A stretch of DNA of 64,000 nt from a virus (Duplodnaviria; Caudoviricetes): positions 6,406 through 70,405 of the IMG/VR virus record IMGVR_UViG_3300017987_005475; one strand, 5' to 3'. The notes beneath the pieces were generated by a model. That model did not search any database, was not told the DNA's origin, and saw nothing but the letters and a program-made list of their open reading frames with translations. A program made the translations under genes and the position numbers. Numbering within the stretch: the stretch's first letter is position 1; each line of letters starts with the position of its first letter. Positions 55,390 through 64,000 of the stretch are shown here, in pieces.

Positions 55390-56327
55390 CAATCAGCCCC
55401 AAACGGGTTTCCAAAGGCAACGGTGCAATCCTCACAATCCAAAACTGCCTCGACGCCCAAAGGTATGGTTGCCACCGTATCCCCGTGACTAAAATTGAGC
55501 CCATAGATACAGGGAAGGCGACCTCTGAACATCTGCACGACAACATCCTCAATGGTGAAATCCTGGTCGCCTCTGTCTGGCACTTTTTCAAAATCGCCAA
55601 AAACTACTCCCTCGACTTCGTCCAATACGCCGGCTAATTCCAAGCGATTCAAATTCATCGACACTTCGTAGCCGCTTGCGTGGACGTCCTCGAAAAACAG
55701 AATAGCCCCTTTCGTATCGGGCATAAAAGGTGTTCCCAGCAACGAGCAAAACAAGGTCATGTTGCCACCAAGCGCTGGACCTTTTACTATGCCCTCGCAG
55801 ATGCACCGGGGAATGGTGTTGAGCCGCCTCCAGGGTCTCGTCCCCCAAGGCGAGTCCATCTTCAACAATTCCAAGGCATCCGCAAGATTTTGAGCATCCC
55901 TTGGTTTATCTTGACGAATGCGAGTATTGGGACCACTGAAGTTGACCAGATGGCTGCAGCGTAGCAGTGCGTTGTTAATAGCCGTGATGTCACTCATTCC
56001 CATAAACAAGCGACCAGATTTCTCAATGGCTTCATACGGAAGATATGGCAACAACTCCATGCAGCTATAACCACCCTCCGCCGCGATAACACCAGAGATT
56101 GAGGGGTCAGTAAAAGCCCACTCCACCTCCGCCACCCGATCATTTAGGGGAGCAGACCGCCATCCTTCGGAACGCATCTGAGTGACGTTAGCCCCGAGAA
56201 CAGGTTCCAGACCGTGTTTTTTCAGCACTTCGACCGACTGTTTGATAGCCACCATAGAACTGAGCGGCGAAGAAGGTGCTATGAGAGCCACGCGGTCGCC
56301 GTCATGAAGAGGTCTAGGCTTCCTCAT
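55389..56327 (-). CDS. S66-family LD-carboxypeptidase (LdcA/MccF-like)
   Basis: GDRVALIAPSS, catalytic GMSDIT (Ser), GGNMT, LFFEDV (Glu), FSHG (His). Confidence 0.93.
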   Translation of the reverse strand: MRKPRPLHDGDRVALIAPSSPLSSMVAIKQSVEVLKKHGLEPVLGANVTQMRSEGWRSAPLNDRVAEVEWAFTDPSISGVIAAEGGYSCMELLPYLPYEAIEKSGRLFMGMSDITAINNALLRCSHLVNFSGPNTRIRQDKPRDAQNLADALELLKMDSPWGTRPWRRLNTIPRCICEGIVKGPALGGNMTLFCSLLGTPFMPDTKGAILFFEDVHASGYEVSMNLNRLELAGVLDEVEGVVFGDFEKVPDRGDQDFTIEDVVVQMFRGRLPCIYGLNFSHGDTVATIPLGVEAVLDCEDCTVAFGNPFGAD

Positions 56328-56631
56328 CTTGTGCAAACCTTCCTCGGCGAGCATGTCTGATCCCAAGCACATTTTGCGTCAAACTGTCTATTTTTTCGAT
56401 TTCCAAGTCGGCAATTCCCCGCAACCGTCTCTGAATCAGTCCATTGCCTTTTTCTCCGGACTGGTGAACAACAACCACATCGTAATCTGAATGGTCTGCG
56501 AACTCACCGCCCACAACCATTGCCCGTCTTCCACTCATAGCCCGGCGAACTTCCTTACGCACAGTGGTAAGGAGGTTAGCAGAGTCTATGATGCGACCTA
56601 TTTCCGCAAGTTCTTCAGTGATGTCGTTCAC
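56314..56631 (-). CDS. Hypothetical protein with DITEELAEIGRII tag
   Basis: Variant of the shared N-terminal motif. Confidence 0.65.
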   Translation of the reverse strand: MNDITEELAEIGRIIDSANLLTTVRKEVRRAMSGRRAMVVGGEFADHSDYDVVVVHQSGEKGNGLIQRRLRGIADLEIEKIDSLTQNVLGIRHARRGRFAQDEEA

Positions 56632-56640
56632 AAGAGCACC

Positions 56641-57402
56641 TCAGATATAGCGATTGAATTGTATGCCCCGTAACCTCCCAGTACGTCCACGGCACAAACC
56701 ACCGGCACCTATTCCTCGCACTGCCGCATAGTAGATACTGGTAGGCGGAGCGAGCAAATTGCCAATTTTGAATTTCTCGTTATCCAGAGATATCTTAGCA
56801 CGTTCCTCAGCGTTGGTTTTGATGGTTTCGAGTTGACCAATGATGTCCCCGCCGCCCTCTTCGAGTTGATTTGCCCCGATAGCAAAGATCAGTCGTCCCT
56901 TCCACAAGTCGTAGTCGAGGATCAACTTCTCCATGCAAAGAGCCACTACCAGATCAGCAATCACCCCGTTCCAATTATCCGGGGCATTATCAATAGTATA
57001 GGTGGTGGGTGCCTGTGCCTGACCGGAGTTATTGATGACATCGACAGACTGATAGATAAAGCCAGCCAAGATGCCAATCGTGAACCAGTCGATGTTGTAA
57101 GTCACATGCACCGTGTCTCCGTCTGCCGCAGGGTTTGTAAAGGTCACCGTCCCGAGCGTGTAGTCGATAGAAGCGGGCGTCGTAGGCTCACTGTTGTAAT
57201 TAGCCACGAGCGTAAAAGCCTCGTTCCAATTTCCATACGTCAACTTCCAAGTTGCCGTTCCCACCCTCGTCGCCATCTCATCGTAGACGGATATCTGGCG
57301 AAACTCCAAAATGCGCGGAGTCACCATGTTATCGACGATGTAATTCACACGGGCGTTACTGGACGCATTGATTAGGACGTAAGAACCCGGGAACGTAGCC
57401 AT
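56641..57402 (-). CDS. Putative neck/head-completion structural protein
   Basis: IDYTLGTVTF...DGDTVHVTYN Ig-like segment plus helical adaptor-like C-terminus. Confidence 0.55.
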   Translation of the reverse strand: MATFPGSYVLINASSNARVNYIVDNMVTPRILEFRQISVYDEMATRVGTATWKLTYGNWNEAFTLVANYNSEPTTPASIDYTLGTVTFTNPAADGDTVHVTYNIDWFTIGILAGFIYQSVDVINNSGQAQAPTTYTIDNAPDNWNGVIADLVVALCMEKLILDYDLWKGRLIFAIGANQLEEGGGDIIGQLETIKTNAEERAKISLDNEKFKIGNLLAPPTSIYYAAVRGIGAGGLCRGRTGRLRGIQFNRYI

Positions 57403-57414
57403 CACTCGGCCCCC

Positions 57415-57672
57415 TTAGACGTAACACATCTGCTTAAGGTTGCGCAACGCCTCGACGTATCGCTGGACCTTGACCGTCGCATGACCACCGAAGAACGCCG
57501 CTCGCATACGGTCAAGGTCTGGACGAGCCACCTTGAAAACAAAAATGACCTTCGTATGATTGTCGCTCTGTTGGCGCTCCGTAGTTTGCAGAACAACATC
57601 TATGGCACAGAGATAGCTGGCGAAATAGATGTCACTCGTGCGATACAGGATCGGTTCTTTCTCATCTGACAT
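57415..57672 (-). CDS. DUF5659-like small protein
   Basis: YRTSDIYFASYL...VIFVF motif. Confidence 0.7.
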   Translation of the reverse strand: MSDEKEPILYRTSDIYFASYLCAIDVVLQTTERQQSDNHTKVIFVFKVARPDLDRMRAAFFGGHATVKVQRYVEALRNLKQMCYV

Positions 57673-57691
57673 TTCGTCTTCCTTTCGCCGT

Positions 57692-57967
57692 TTATCGCTG
57701 GTCGATAAGTTGCGGGGCGGTTCCGGTCCTTTCCTTGACCATGCGTCTTCTGGCGGCTTCGTTTCTGTCGGTCATTTCCTGGTTGAATCTGCCTTTTTTG
57801 CTCGGCCATTGTCCAGCAGGACCCTTCAGCACAAAATTCATGCCTCCATAGTGCCGCTTGCATTCAGTTCCGCAGTCCTCGCAGGTGACCACGTCGGATG
57901 CGCCTCCGAGGGGGAAATTACGCTCGATAACCGCATTGCAGGTCTCGCAGAGATACTCAAATGTCAT
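57692..57967 (-). CDS. FmdB-like zinc-ribbon protein
   Basis: MTFEYLCETC...CEDCG...FVLKG. Confidence 0.8.
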   Translation of the reverse strand: MTFEYLCETCNAVIERNFPLGGASDVVTCEDCGTECKRHYGGMNFVLKGPAGQWPSKKGRFNQEMTDRNEAARRRMVKERTGTAPQLIDQR

Positions 57968-57968
57968 C

Positions 57969-58703
57969 TCAATCCTCCCCGAGAACACTAGCATCGAGTT
58001 TCACCGCGCGACGAGCCTTGCGTGCGCCTCCCTTAGTGACAAATTTCTTCGGGCTCTTTTTGGCTCTTTTCTTGCTTTTCATCTCATTAGCAACCCGCTC
58101 GTCTGTAAACCCTTCTGCTGCCTTTTCCTGTCCTGCCTTGCGGAGACGTTCATGCTCTTCGGCGGTTCGCGTCTTGACCGTGCCAGCGTTCAAAGACGGA
58201 CCACTGGACACCGCTGTTCCCAGGCTGTCATCACGGACAACGGGCATTTTCTCTGCTTCCTGTTTCTCGCGAAGCCGTGCTTGGTGTTCTGTAGCCTCCA
58301 CATCACCACGAATCACCTCCATGTCGCCGGAGATTTCACGTGTTCCAGTGTCGTTTTCTTTGCGCGTGTGGCTAATGTCGATAATGTCATGCTCATCATC
58401 ATCAGACTGGACCACCGGCAAATCAGAAGGACGCTCCTTCATTTGTGCCACAGCAGCCTCACGCGCCGCTTCAGTTTGTTCCCCCTCGCTTCGCAGTTGC
58501 TCTTCTTCCTCCGCATTCCACTCTCTCACCCACCCATGCTTCTTGAGGATGGCAAGGTCGCGCGTATCCTCAAACGTCTGACCGTCGATTTTGATTCGTC
58601 CTGCGGTCACATCATGCGTAATAACGGTTCCAATGCTGACGGAGTACTTCACGCATCCAAGGTGCATTCCCCGCGTAACCAGCCACTTCTGCGTCTTAGC
58701 CAT
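57969..58703 (-). CDS. Hypothetical charged protein (244 aa)
   Basis: GAGGAG RBS; downstream of the ATATTTTGTTTATAT motif. Confidence 0.75.
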   Translation of the reverse strand: MAKTQKWLVTRGMHLGCVKYSVSIGTVITHDVTAGRIKIDGQTFEDTRDLAILKKHGWVREWNAEEEEQLRSEGEQTEAAREAAVAQMKERPSDLPVVQSDDDEHDIIDISHTRKENDTGTREISGDMEVIRGDVEATEHQARLREKQEAEKMPVVRDDSLGTAVSSGPSLNAGTVKTRTAEEHERLRKAGQEKAAEGFTDERVANEMKSKKRAKKSPKKFVTKGGARKARRAVKLDASVLGED

Positions 58704-58774
58704 ATCGCGCTCCTCTCATATCCATTTCATCTATCGGGACCACGTAGCCCCGTAATCCTCTATCTGAGCGCAAC

Positions 58775-58789
58775 ATATAAACAAAATAT
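58775..58789 (-). promoter_or_regulatory. Candidate late promoter/regulatory motif ATATTTTGTTTATAT
   Basis: 14/15 match to the copies at 11311 and 51412; intergenic. Confidence 0.5.
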
Positions 58790-58882
58790 GCGTAGCCCGA
58801 ATCAGCAATTACGCACCAAAAATGCCAGAGAATTTGATTTGCAATTTAGGAGTGACGTTGTAACTGCTATAGCAATCTACAG

Positions 58883-59326
58883 TTAGGTCTCAATATTTTC
58901 AGCGAGACCTTGTTCTAACACCTCTTTCGTGCGCTTAGCATGCTCGGCGACTGTACTCAAGCGCCGAAGGATTTGAGCGGTTGTGACGCCATCGCTACCG
59001 TTTGCTCGCTCCAGAACCCCTCCCAACAGCCCGATATTGTCTGCAGGTAGCCGCATCACTTTGTCAGTCTGCACACTCATCTCTCTATCCTTTGCCACGA
59101 TAACTTTGGATACGTCTTCCCCCACTATGCCTTCATCGACCCAACTGTTTAGCAACTCCAAGCCGCTCCCGTCCGGCAAATCACTTTCTATGACTATCAC
59201 CTGCGGTATGAAAGTCCGGACGCGATAATTGGCTTCCCTCGCACCTCTAGCAGTGATGATTTCTTCGCGCTGCAAGAGTCGAGTCACAGCCTGCGGAAAC
59301 GTCCCAACCAGCAAAACTCGACACAC
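58883..59326 (-). CDS. Degenerate response-regulator receiver domain (pseudo-receiver)
   Basis: VIVIESDLPDGSGLELL matches the LDxxLPDGxGLEL receiver signature with Glu at the phospho-Asp position. Confidence 0.7.
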   Translation of the reverse strand: MCRVLLVGTFPQAVTRLLQREEIITARGAREANYRVRTFIPQVIVIESDLPDGSGLELLNSWVDEGIVGEDVSKVIVAKDREMSVQTDKVMRLPADNIGLLGGVLERANGSDGVTTAQILRRLSTVAEHAKRTKEVLEQGLAENIET

Positions 59327-59338
59327 GCATGTCCCCTG

Positions 59339-59875
59339 TCATTTCCAGCCAAATCTGTACAGTAGATAGGCAATCAGCAACGTAACACCAACCGTAAGAA
59401 TGCGGTCTCCAAGACACTTTAAGACCGCCCAGGCGCGCTTTTCTTGCCTCAACAATGGCGCAATCCCGTCATCCGTGGCTTTGATTTTCTCGCGCAATCC
59501 ATGGATCTCTGCTTTCAGGTCATCGAGTAACTTGGACCTCCCATCGAGAAAATCCAACAACCGCGTCAAATCCTTCACCGTTGCACTGAGCGTGTCCAGA
59601 AGGGCACTTATCTGGTCAAGCCTCCTTTTGTTCTCGACACAGCGCATGTCCTCCATGCCCCGACAGATTTCGGCAACGCTCTTCCCCAAGCGCGCGACTT
59701 CTTCACTCGTAGAACGCAAGTCGGATGAAATTTTGCTGTCAGCCGCGCTGCGATGCTCTTTTTCCGCGTCCACTTTGTCAAACAGCGTGGAAAGTTGATC
59801 AGGAATCGGGCGCAGCATGCCAGCGATTTCACCTATCTTCTGGTTAATGCTGCCAAGGTTAGTGTCGCTGCTCAT
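59339..59875 (-). CDS. Coiled-coil protein with a single C-terminal TM helix (holin-like?)
   Basis: Start MSSDT after AAGGA; ILTVGVTLLIAYLLYRF hydrophobic end. Confidence 0.55.
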   Translation of the reverse strand: MSSDTNLGSINQKIGEIAGMLRPIPDQLSTLFDKVDAEKEHRSAADSKISSDLRSTSEEVARLGKSVAEICRGMEDMRCVENKRRLDQISALLDTLSATVKDLTRLLDFLDGRSKLLDDLKAEIHGLREKIKATDDGIAPLLRQEKRAWAVLKCLGDRILTVGVTLLIAYLLYRFGWK

Positions 59876-59933
59876 CGGTTGTTCCTTATCCGTGCTCACG
59901 AATGGACTTCTACTACTGACGAATATCAAGAAA

Positions 59934-60188
59934 TTATGACTTGCGCCCTCGTGAACGGATGTCCTTAATCGCCTCATCCAGCAACAGGCTAAGGTTAATG
60001 CCGTAAAGCCTCTCCACATCATCAATTATGGACAGATCTTCGATGAACGTACAGCCTTTTTCCCAGTTTGAAACGGTGCGGACGCTGACCCCAAGAGTGC
60101 GCGCCATGTTCTCCTGAGTGACACAGGCACGCTTTCGGCTCAAACATAAAAGTCTTCCAAATTCCTTTTTGATTGTCTCATTTTTCAT
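59934..60188 (-). CDS. XRE-family HTH transcription regulator
   Basis: VTQENMARTLGVSVRTVSNWEKG. Confidence 0.85.
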   Translation of the reverse strand: MKNETIKKEFGRLLCLSRKRACVTQENMARTLGVSVRTVSNWEKGCTFIEDLSIIDDVERLYGINLSLLLDEAIKDIRSRGRKS

Positions 60189-60230
60189 AATTTTTCCATA
60201 TTTTCGAATTACCAGTGATTATCTCGAACC

Positions 60231-62822
60231 TCACACGTAGTCCGGATAGGCATTCGGTGGCAACGGGAAAGACGCGCTCCAACGGTCAATGTGCGAAAAG
60301 CGGAATTCGTCGATGTACCCGTTCAGGTTGTCGGAAGTATCTATTCCGCCGATGTAGAGATAGCCCGAGAAGTTTGGAATCGCGCTGGCATCAGGGGTGC
60401 CGGACGGGCTCTGACTCACGCCATCCACGAAGAAATACCAGTTGCTGCCCTCTCGAACGACCACCAGGTGATACCACGTACTGAGCGACGGCGACCAGGC
60501 TTTCTGAATCGACACAATAGTGGAGCCGCTGTCAACAACGTCAAACACAAGGTTGGTGCCGTCGTAGTAAAAAGACCAGTAGTTTGAACTGTCCTCGTAG
60601 TGAGCAGCCAGGACCTGAGTGGTTGTCGCCCCAAATCTCACTCGCAACTCAAGCGTGAAATTGGCAGCCGGAGTCCAGTCAGCATGGTCGTTCAACTTCA
60701 GACAGTCGCCAGTGCCATCCAAGGCGAGTGAGGCACCCCCGAAGACACTTTGTGAGGTCGAAATGACAGCATCGCCGCTAAAGAAGACGTCATGTGCTGA
60801 TCCCGATTTGTCCTCCACATAGGTGTTGTCGCCGTATTTATTCTCGTCAAAGTGGAGAAGAAGTGCCGTGTCAGGATCCTTGACATCCGGGAAATACGTC
60901 GTCTGTGGGGTGAACTTGCCGGCATATCTGACTTCTCCCTTGACCGCTCGAATCTCGTCCATGTAGCCGTAGAAATACTCCCCTCCCAGGTAGTAAGAAG
61001 GAAAATAAACTGTCGTCTCTGTTATGTCGTGGTTTGTTAAGCCCGACTGGGAGGCAACATTTATTCCGTCAGCCCACAGAGTGAGAGTAGATGCACTCGA
61101 ATTCCACGTCACGGCAACATGATGCCAGGTGTTAACCGAAAGAACAGAGCCTGATGCGACCGGAGAACTTCCCTTCGCATAGCATTGTAACGTCGCTCCA
61201 TACATTCGAAAGAGGAGGCTGGTTGTTGACGCGCCTCCGTTGGTCCCGAAAAGTCGTCGGTAGCCGCTGATTGAGCCCGGCCTTATCCACATCTCAACCG
61301 TGAAATCCTCTGTTCCCAGCGCCAGTTCAGAATCCGTAGCGCTGAGATAATCACCTGCTCCATCGAAGTAACCCGACGAGCCAAGGAATTTATACTGAGC
61401 AGTCGATATCTTAGAATTGCCGGTGACGCTAATGGTATGGTTAGCAGGTGAGTAGTCTCTGAAGGTGGTAGAATTGTTATCCTCATTCATGTGCAAGAGC
61501 AACTTCGTTTCCTGCCCTACCACGACAGGCGAATAGAATTTTGGATGAGCCTCCATCGGTGGCACGAACCATTCCGTTTTGCGCGCGACTCCCTTGGTGA
61601 TCCTGACCTCGTCCATGTATCCTGGACCAAAAAGCGAACCTCCTCCCCCGAAAGAAAACGCAGCGCCCACTCCCAGTTTGCTTGAGGACGCATACAAGGA
61701 ATCCGACGCTCCTATTGCGCTACTGCCGACCTGGGAGCCATTGACAAACAGACGAATCAGATTTGCCGAGTTGTCACGCACAGCCATAAGGTGATACCAG
61801 GTGTCAGACGCGGGCGAGAAACTACTGTTTGCGTTGAAGCTATTCGCGCCAGTAGTAGACCAGTAAAAATAGAGAACACTGGTGTTTCCGTCGAATTGAA
61901 AATACCAACTTCTCTGGTTAATTGGTCCATCCCACACGCCCAACAGGCTCTCTCCGGAGGCTGGAACGGACGATGGCCAATAGACCCAAAGGCTAACTGT
62001 AAATTCCTCGGTGCCAAACAGGAACTCAGAATTGTTCGCTGCCCAAAGGTAACTGCTCCCGTTGAAGTAAGCCGACGAATTCCCAAACTTGTACTGGGCT
62101 GTGCTTATCTGGACGGTTCCTTGCACCGAGATTGAGTGGACCGACCTGGAAACGTCCTTGAATGAAGTTGAACCGTTTGAACCATCTGCCGGCATGACAA
62201 AAACATCGTACTTGTCAATTCCTGGAGCAGAACTTTCAGGAGGCACGAACTCAAACGGCCATACCGCCCGGTTCCCGTAGATGCGACACTCGTCGATGTA
62301 GCCATTCAAGGAGAGCCCGCCATCGTGTGCTTGTCCTATTCTCAAGGTCAAGGCGGAGTCTACTACGGCATCGGAATCGTTGGTAGTGGCACACGTTTTC
62401 CCGTCAATGAAACTGTAAAAATCGTCCCCGTCCCTGACTACTGTGACGTGATACCAGACACCAGTAGAGGGATTCCATGCACCGCTCAAAACAATGTTGG
62501 CAGAAGCGCCCGAAAACGACTGAAAGACCAGATTACCACTCGCCAGACCAACTGACCAGCCCGAAACATCCGTCGCAGACCCTTTACCGCCGTGATTGAT
62601 GATTATGGTATCTGACGTGCTGTTCAGGTAAATCCAGAGATCTATTGTAAACTTCGCGGTTCCGAAGTCCCACATGTCGTCATCTGGAATGTCGATATAG
62701 TCAGCATCACCATCAAACTTGTAACTAGCAAAGTTGAATTTGTACTGTTCTCGACTCAACACGGCACCAGTTGCGGTCAGCACGTGCCCTTGCCCAGAAC
62801 TGTCAGCGAAATCCTCTACCAT
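60231..62822 (-). CDS. Virion protein with four LamG/concanavalin-like jelly-roll repeats (863 aa)
   Basis: Four units of D.S...H.....G...IS..QYKF....F.G...FT...W...WYH....GY.DE.R; AGGAG RBS. Confidence 0.85.
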   Translation of the reverse strand: MVEDFADSSGQGHVLTATGAVLSREQYKFNFASYKFDGDADYIDIPDDDMWDFGTAKFTIDLWIYLNSTSDTIIINHGGKGSATDVSGWSVGLASGNLVFQSFSGASANIVLSGAWNPSTGVWYHVTVVRDGDDFYSFIDGKTCATTNDSDAVVDSALTLRIGQAHDGGLSLNGYIDECRIYGNRAVWPFEFVPPESSAPGIDKYDVFVMPADGSNGSTSFKDVSRSVHSISVQGTVQISTAQYKFGNSSAYFNGSSYLWAANNSEFLFGTEEFTVSLWVYWPSSVPASGESLLGVWDGPINQRSWYFQFDGNTSVLYFYWSTTGANSFNANSSFSPASDTWYHLMAVRDNSANLIRLFVNGSQVGSSAIGASDSLYASSSKLGVGAAFSFGGGGSLFGPGYMDEVRITKGVARKTEWFVPPMEAHPKFYSPVVVGQETKLLLHMNEDNNSTTFRDYSPANHTISVTGNSKISTAQYKFLGSSGYFDGAGDYLSATDSELALGTEDFTVEMWIRPGSISGYRRLFGTNGGASTTSLLFRMYGATLQCYAKGSSPVASGSVLSVNTWHHVAVTWNSSASTLTLWADGINVASQSGLTNHDITETTVYFPSYYLGGEYFYGYMDEIRAVKGEVRYAGKFTPQTTYFPDVKDPDTALLLHFDENKYGDNTYVEDKSGSAHDVFFSGDAVISTSQSVFGGASLALDGTGDCLKLNDHADWTPAANFTLELRVRFGATTTQVLAAHYEDSSNYWSFYYDGTNLVFDVVDSGSTIVSIQKAWSPSLSTWYHLVVVREGSNWYFFVDGVSQSPSGTPDASAIPNFSGYLYIGGIDTSDNLNGYIDEFRFSHIDRWSASFPLPPNAYPDYV

Positions 62823-62824
62823 GA

Positions 62825-63946
62825 CTATTCTCCTGCCGTGTTTGCCTCTTTATACGTCTGAAAGTACAGCGGGTTCTTTTCGGCGCTCAGAACCGCATGC
62901 ACTCGTGATGCATGAGACCACCTTATCCGCATAAATTCACAATAAGATGGACTCACTTCGTAAAAGGATTTTCCCCGGCTGTGTTTCATGGCGACATGGT
63001 GACAAATGCCAGGACAACTCTTGCTCTGCCCAGCAGGACAATCAGCACACTCCGGTTTGCGCGCGATGTCGAATTCACGAAACCTCTGAAACATTTCCTC
63101 GTTGGTGTAGCCCTTCTCAACGCTGCCGAGTTTGTATTGGGGACACGCATCGTAGTTTGTGAAACGGTTGCACGGCCAGATGTCATTTTTCGTGTCTACA
63201 CCAACGCGCCCCACCGCAGCATTGCACGCTCTCTTGGGTCTGCCCTTACCAAAGGATAATTTCAACGTTTGGCATATGGCGTTCACGTAGTAATATTTTC
63301 CGGCTCGCATTTGTTCGACCCACCAATCCGCCACTCTTCCCAATTGATCGTCATACTCATCGAGGTGCTGCTGTCGCCAGTCAGATGAGGTAGAAGGCAA
63401 AATTGTGGTCTTCGGGAGCCTAAATTCTTCACACATGAAAACAATAGATTCAGCCAGCAAATGAACGTTCTCCGGAGTCACGGTTCCTCTTACCAGCATG
63501 TCCATCTCTGGATGTGTTTTTGCTGCGTGTTTCACGTTTTGAAAAACAACTTCGCTGGAGCCCCTGTGCATCTCTTGCGCCTCTGCACATCCATCGACAC
63601 TAGCACAGACAAAACAGTCACGCGCCGCACACCAAGCAGCCTTTTCCGCATCAAAGAGCGACACATTGCTTATGATGTAAAACCGGAGATTTGGATAGAC
63701 ACCAAGCGCCCAATCCACCACCTTCACCAGCGTGTCCCATTCTACTAGCGGTTCCCCTCCGTAAAAACAAACATGCAGTCGCGAGTTCTCTTTCGCTTGT
63801 CCAAAAAGCCACAGAAAGGCGGCTCTAGTCCTTTCAAAATCAGGACCTATACCAAAATTGTTTTTGGCATAGCAAAAGTCGCAGGAGAAGTTGCACCTGT
63901 CTGACAAGTTAATGTCCATCCAACTTACAACCGGCGAAAAAGACAC
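62825..63946 (-). CDS. Radical SAM/SPASM-domain protein
   Basis: CNFSCDFC, YGGEP, SPASM Cys pattern CNAA...WPC...CADC...CPGIC...YC; likely GTG start 63946 after AGGAG. Confidence 0.93.
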   Translation of the reverse strand: MSFSPVVSWMDINLSDRCNFSCDFCYAKNNFGIGPDFERTRAAFLWLFGQAKENSRLHVCFYGGEPLVEWDTLVKVVDWALGVYPNLRFYIISNVSLFDAEKAAWCAARDCFVCASVDGCAEAQEMHRGSSEVVFQNVKHAAKTHPEMDMLVRGTVTPENVHLLAESIVFMCEEFRLPKTTILPSTSSDWRQQHLDEYDDQLGRVADWWVEQMRAGKYYYVNAICQTLKLSFGKGRPKRACNAAVGRVGVDTKNDIWPCNRFTNYDACPQYKLGSVEKGYTNEEMFQRFREFDIARKPECADCPAGQSKSCPGICHHVAMKHSRGKSFYEVSPSYCEFMRIRWSHASRVHAVLSAEKNPLYFQTYKEANTAGE

Positions 63947-63959
63947 CTCATGCTCCTGG

Positions 63960-64000
63960 CTACGGGTCTGGCGTGCAAAACACACAACCCTCTGAACTGG
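63960..64000 (-). CDS. Possible 3' end of an upstream ORF (...SSEGCVFCTPDP-stop)
   Basis: One minus frame ends with TAG at 63960-63962 just before the rSAM RBS; only about 40 nt visible. Confidence 0.3.
   Translation of the reverse strand, partial: SSEGCVFCTPDP

Noticed and set aside
58704-58882. tRNA or other known ncRNA in the larger intergenic gaps
   Set aside because: No cloverleaf or T-loop consensus recognisable by eye; a tRNAscan/Rfam run would be decisive.
29443-62822. Diversity-generating retroelement targeting the fibre or LamG proteins
   Set aside because: No reverse transcriptase and no near-identical template/variable repeat pair was noticed.

Overview
A 64-kb internal segment of a large tailed bacteriophage (probably jumbo-type) in the standard genetic code. 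Every credible gene is on the minus strand, tightly packed, often with ATGA-type overlaps. Positions 1-28,300 are a replication/recombination/repair block: partial GyrB (missed by the ORF track), DnaE, ParB-like protein, Mre11-like nuclease, FtsZ/tubulin homolog, 5'-3' exonuclease, RecA, SSB-like protein, family-4 UDG, Hel308-like helicase, sigma-like factor, primase, YhaM-like protein, initiator-like protein with iterons, DnaB and SNF2. Positions 28,300-57,400 are a tail/neck block: Ig-repeat fibre, hub, 1973-aa tape measure, three tube-like paralogs, three chaperone paralogs, neck proteins, with embedded topoisomerase IB and LD-carboxypeptidase genes. The end has a pseudo-receiver, holin-like protein, XRE HTH, LamG-repeat protein and radical SAM/SPASM enzyme. 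Main observations: (1) a Hel308-like helicase split cleanly at motif V by a UDG gene with its own promoter and RBS hairpin; (2) a shared amphipathic 'A.EL..[ILV][AG][KR].L' tag on at least six proteins, including a ChaB-like/TopIB fusion, possibly a capsid-targeting signal; (3) a five-Cys module shared by the SSB and sigma-like factor; (4) triplicated tube and chaperone genes; (5) two candidate promoter classes. No tRNA, rRNA, CRISPR array or integrase was seen. All calls come from motif recognition by eye; no database searches were run.
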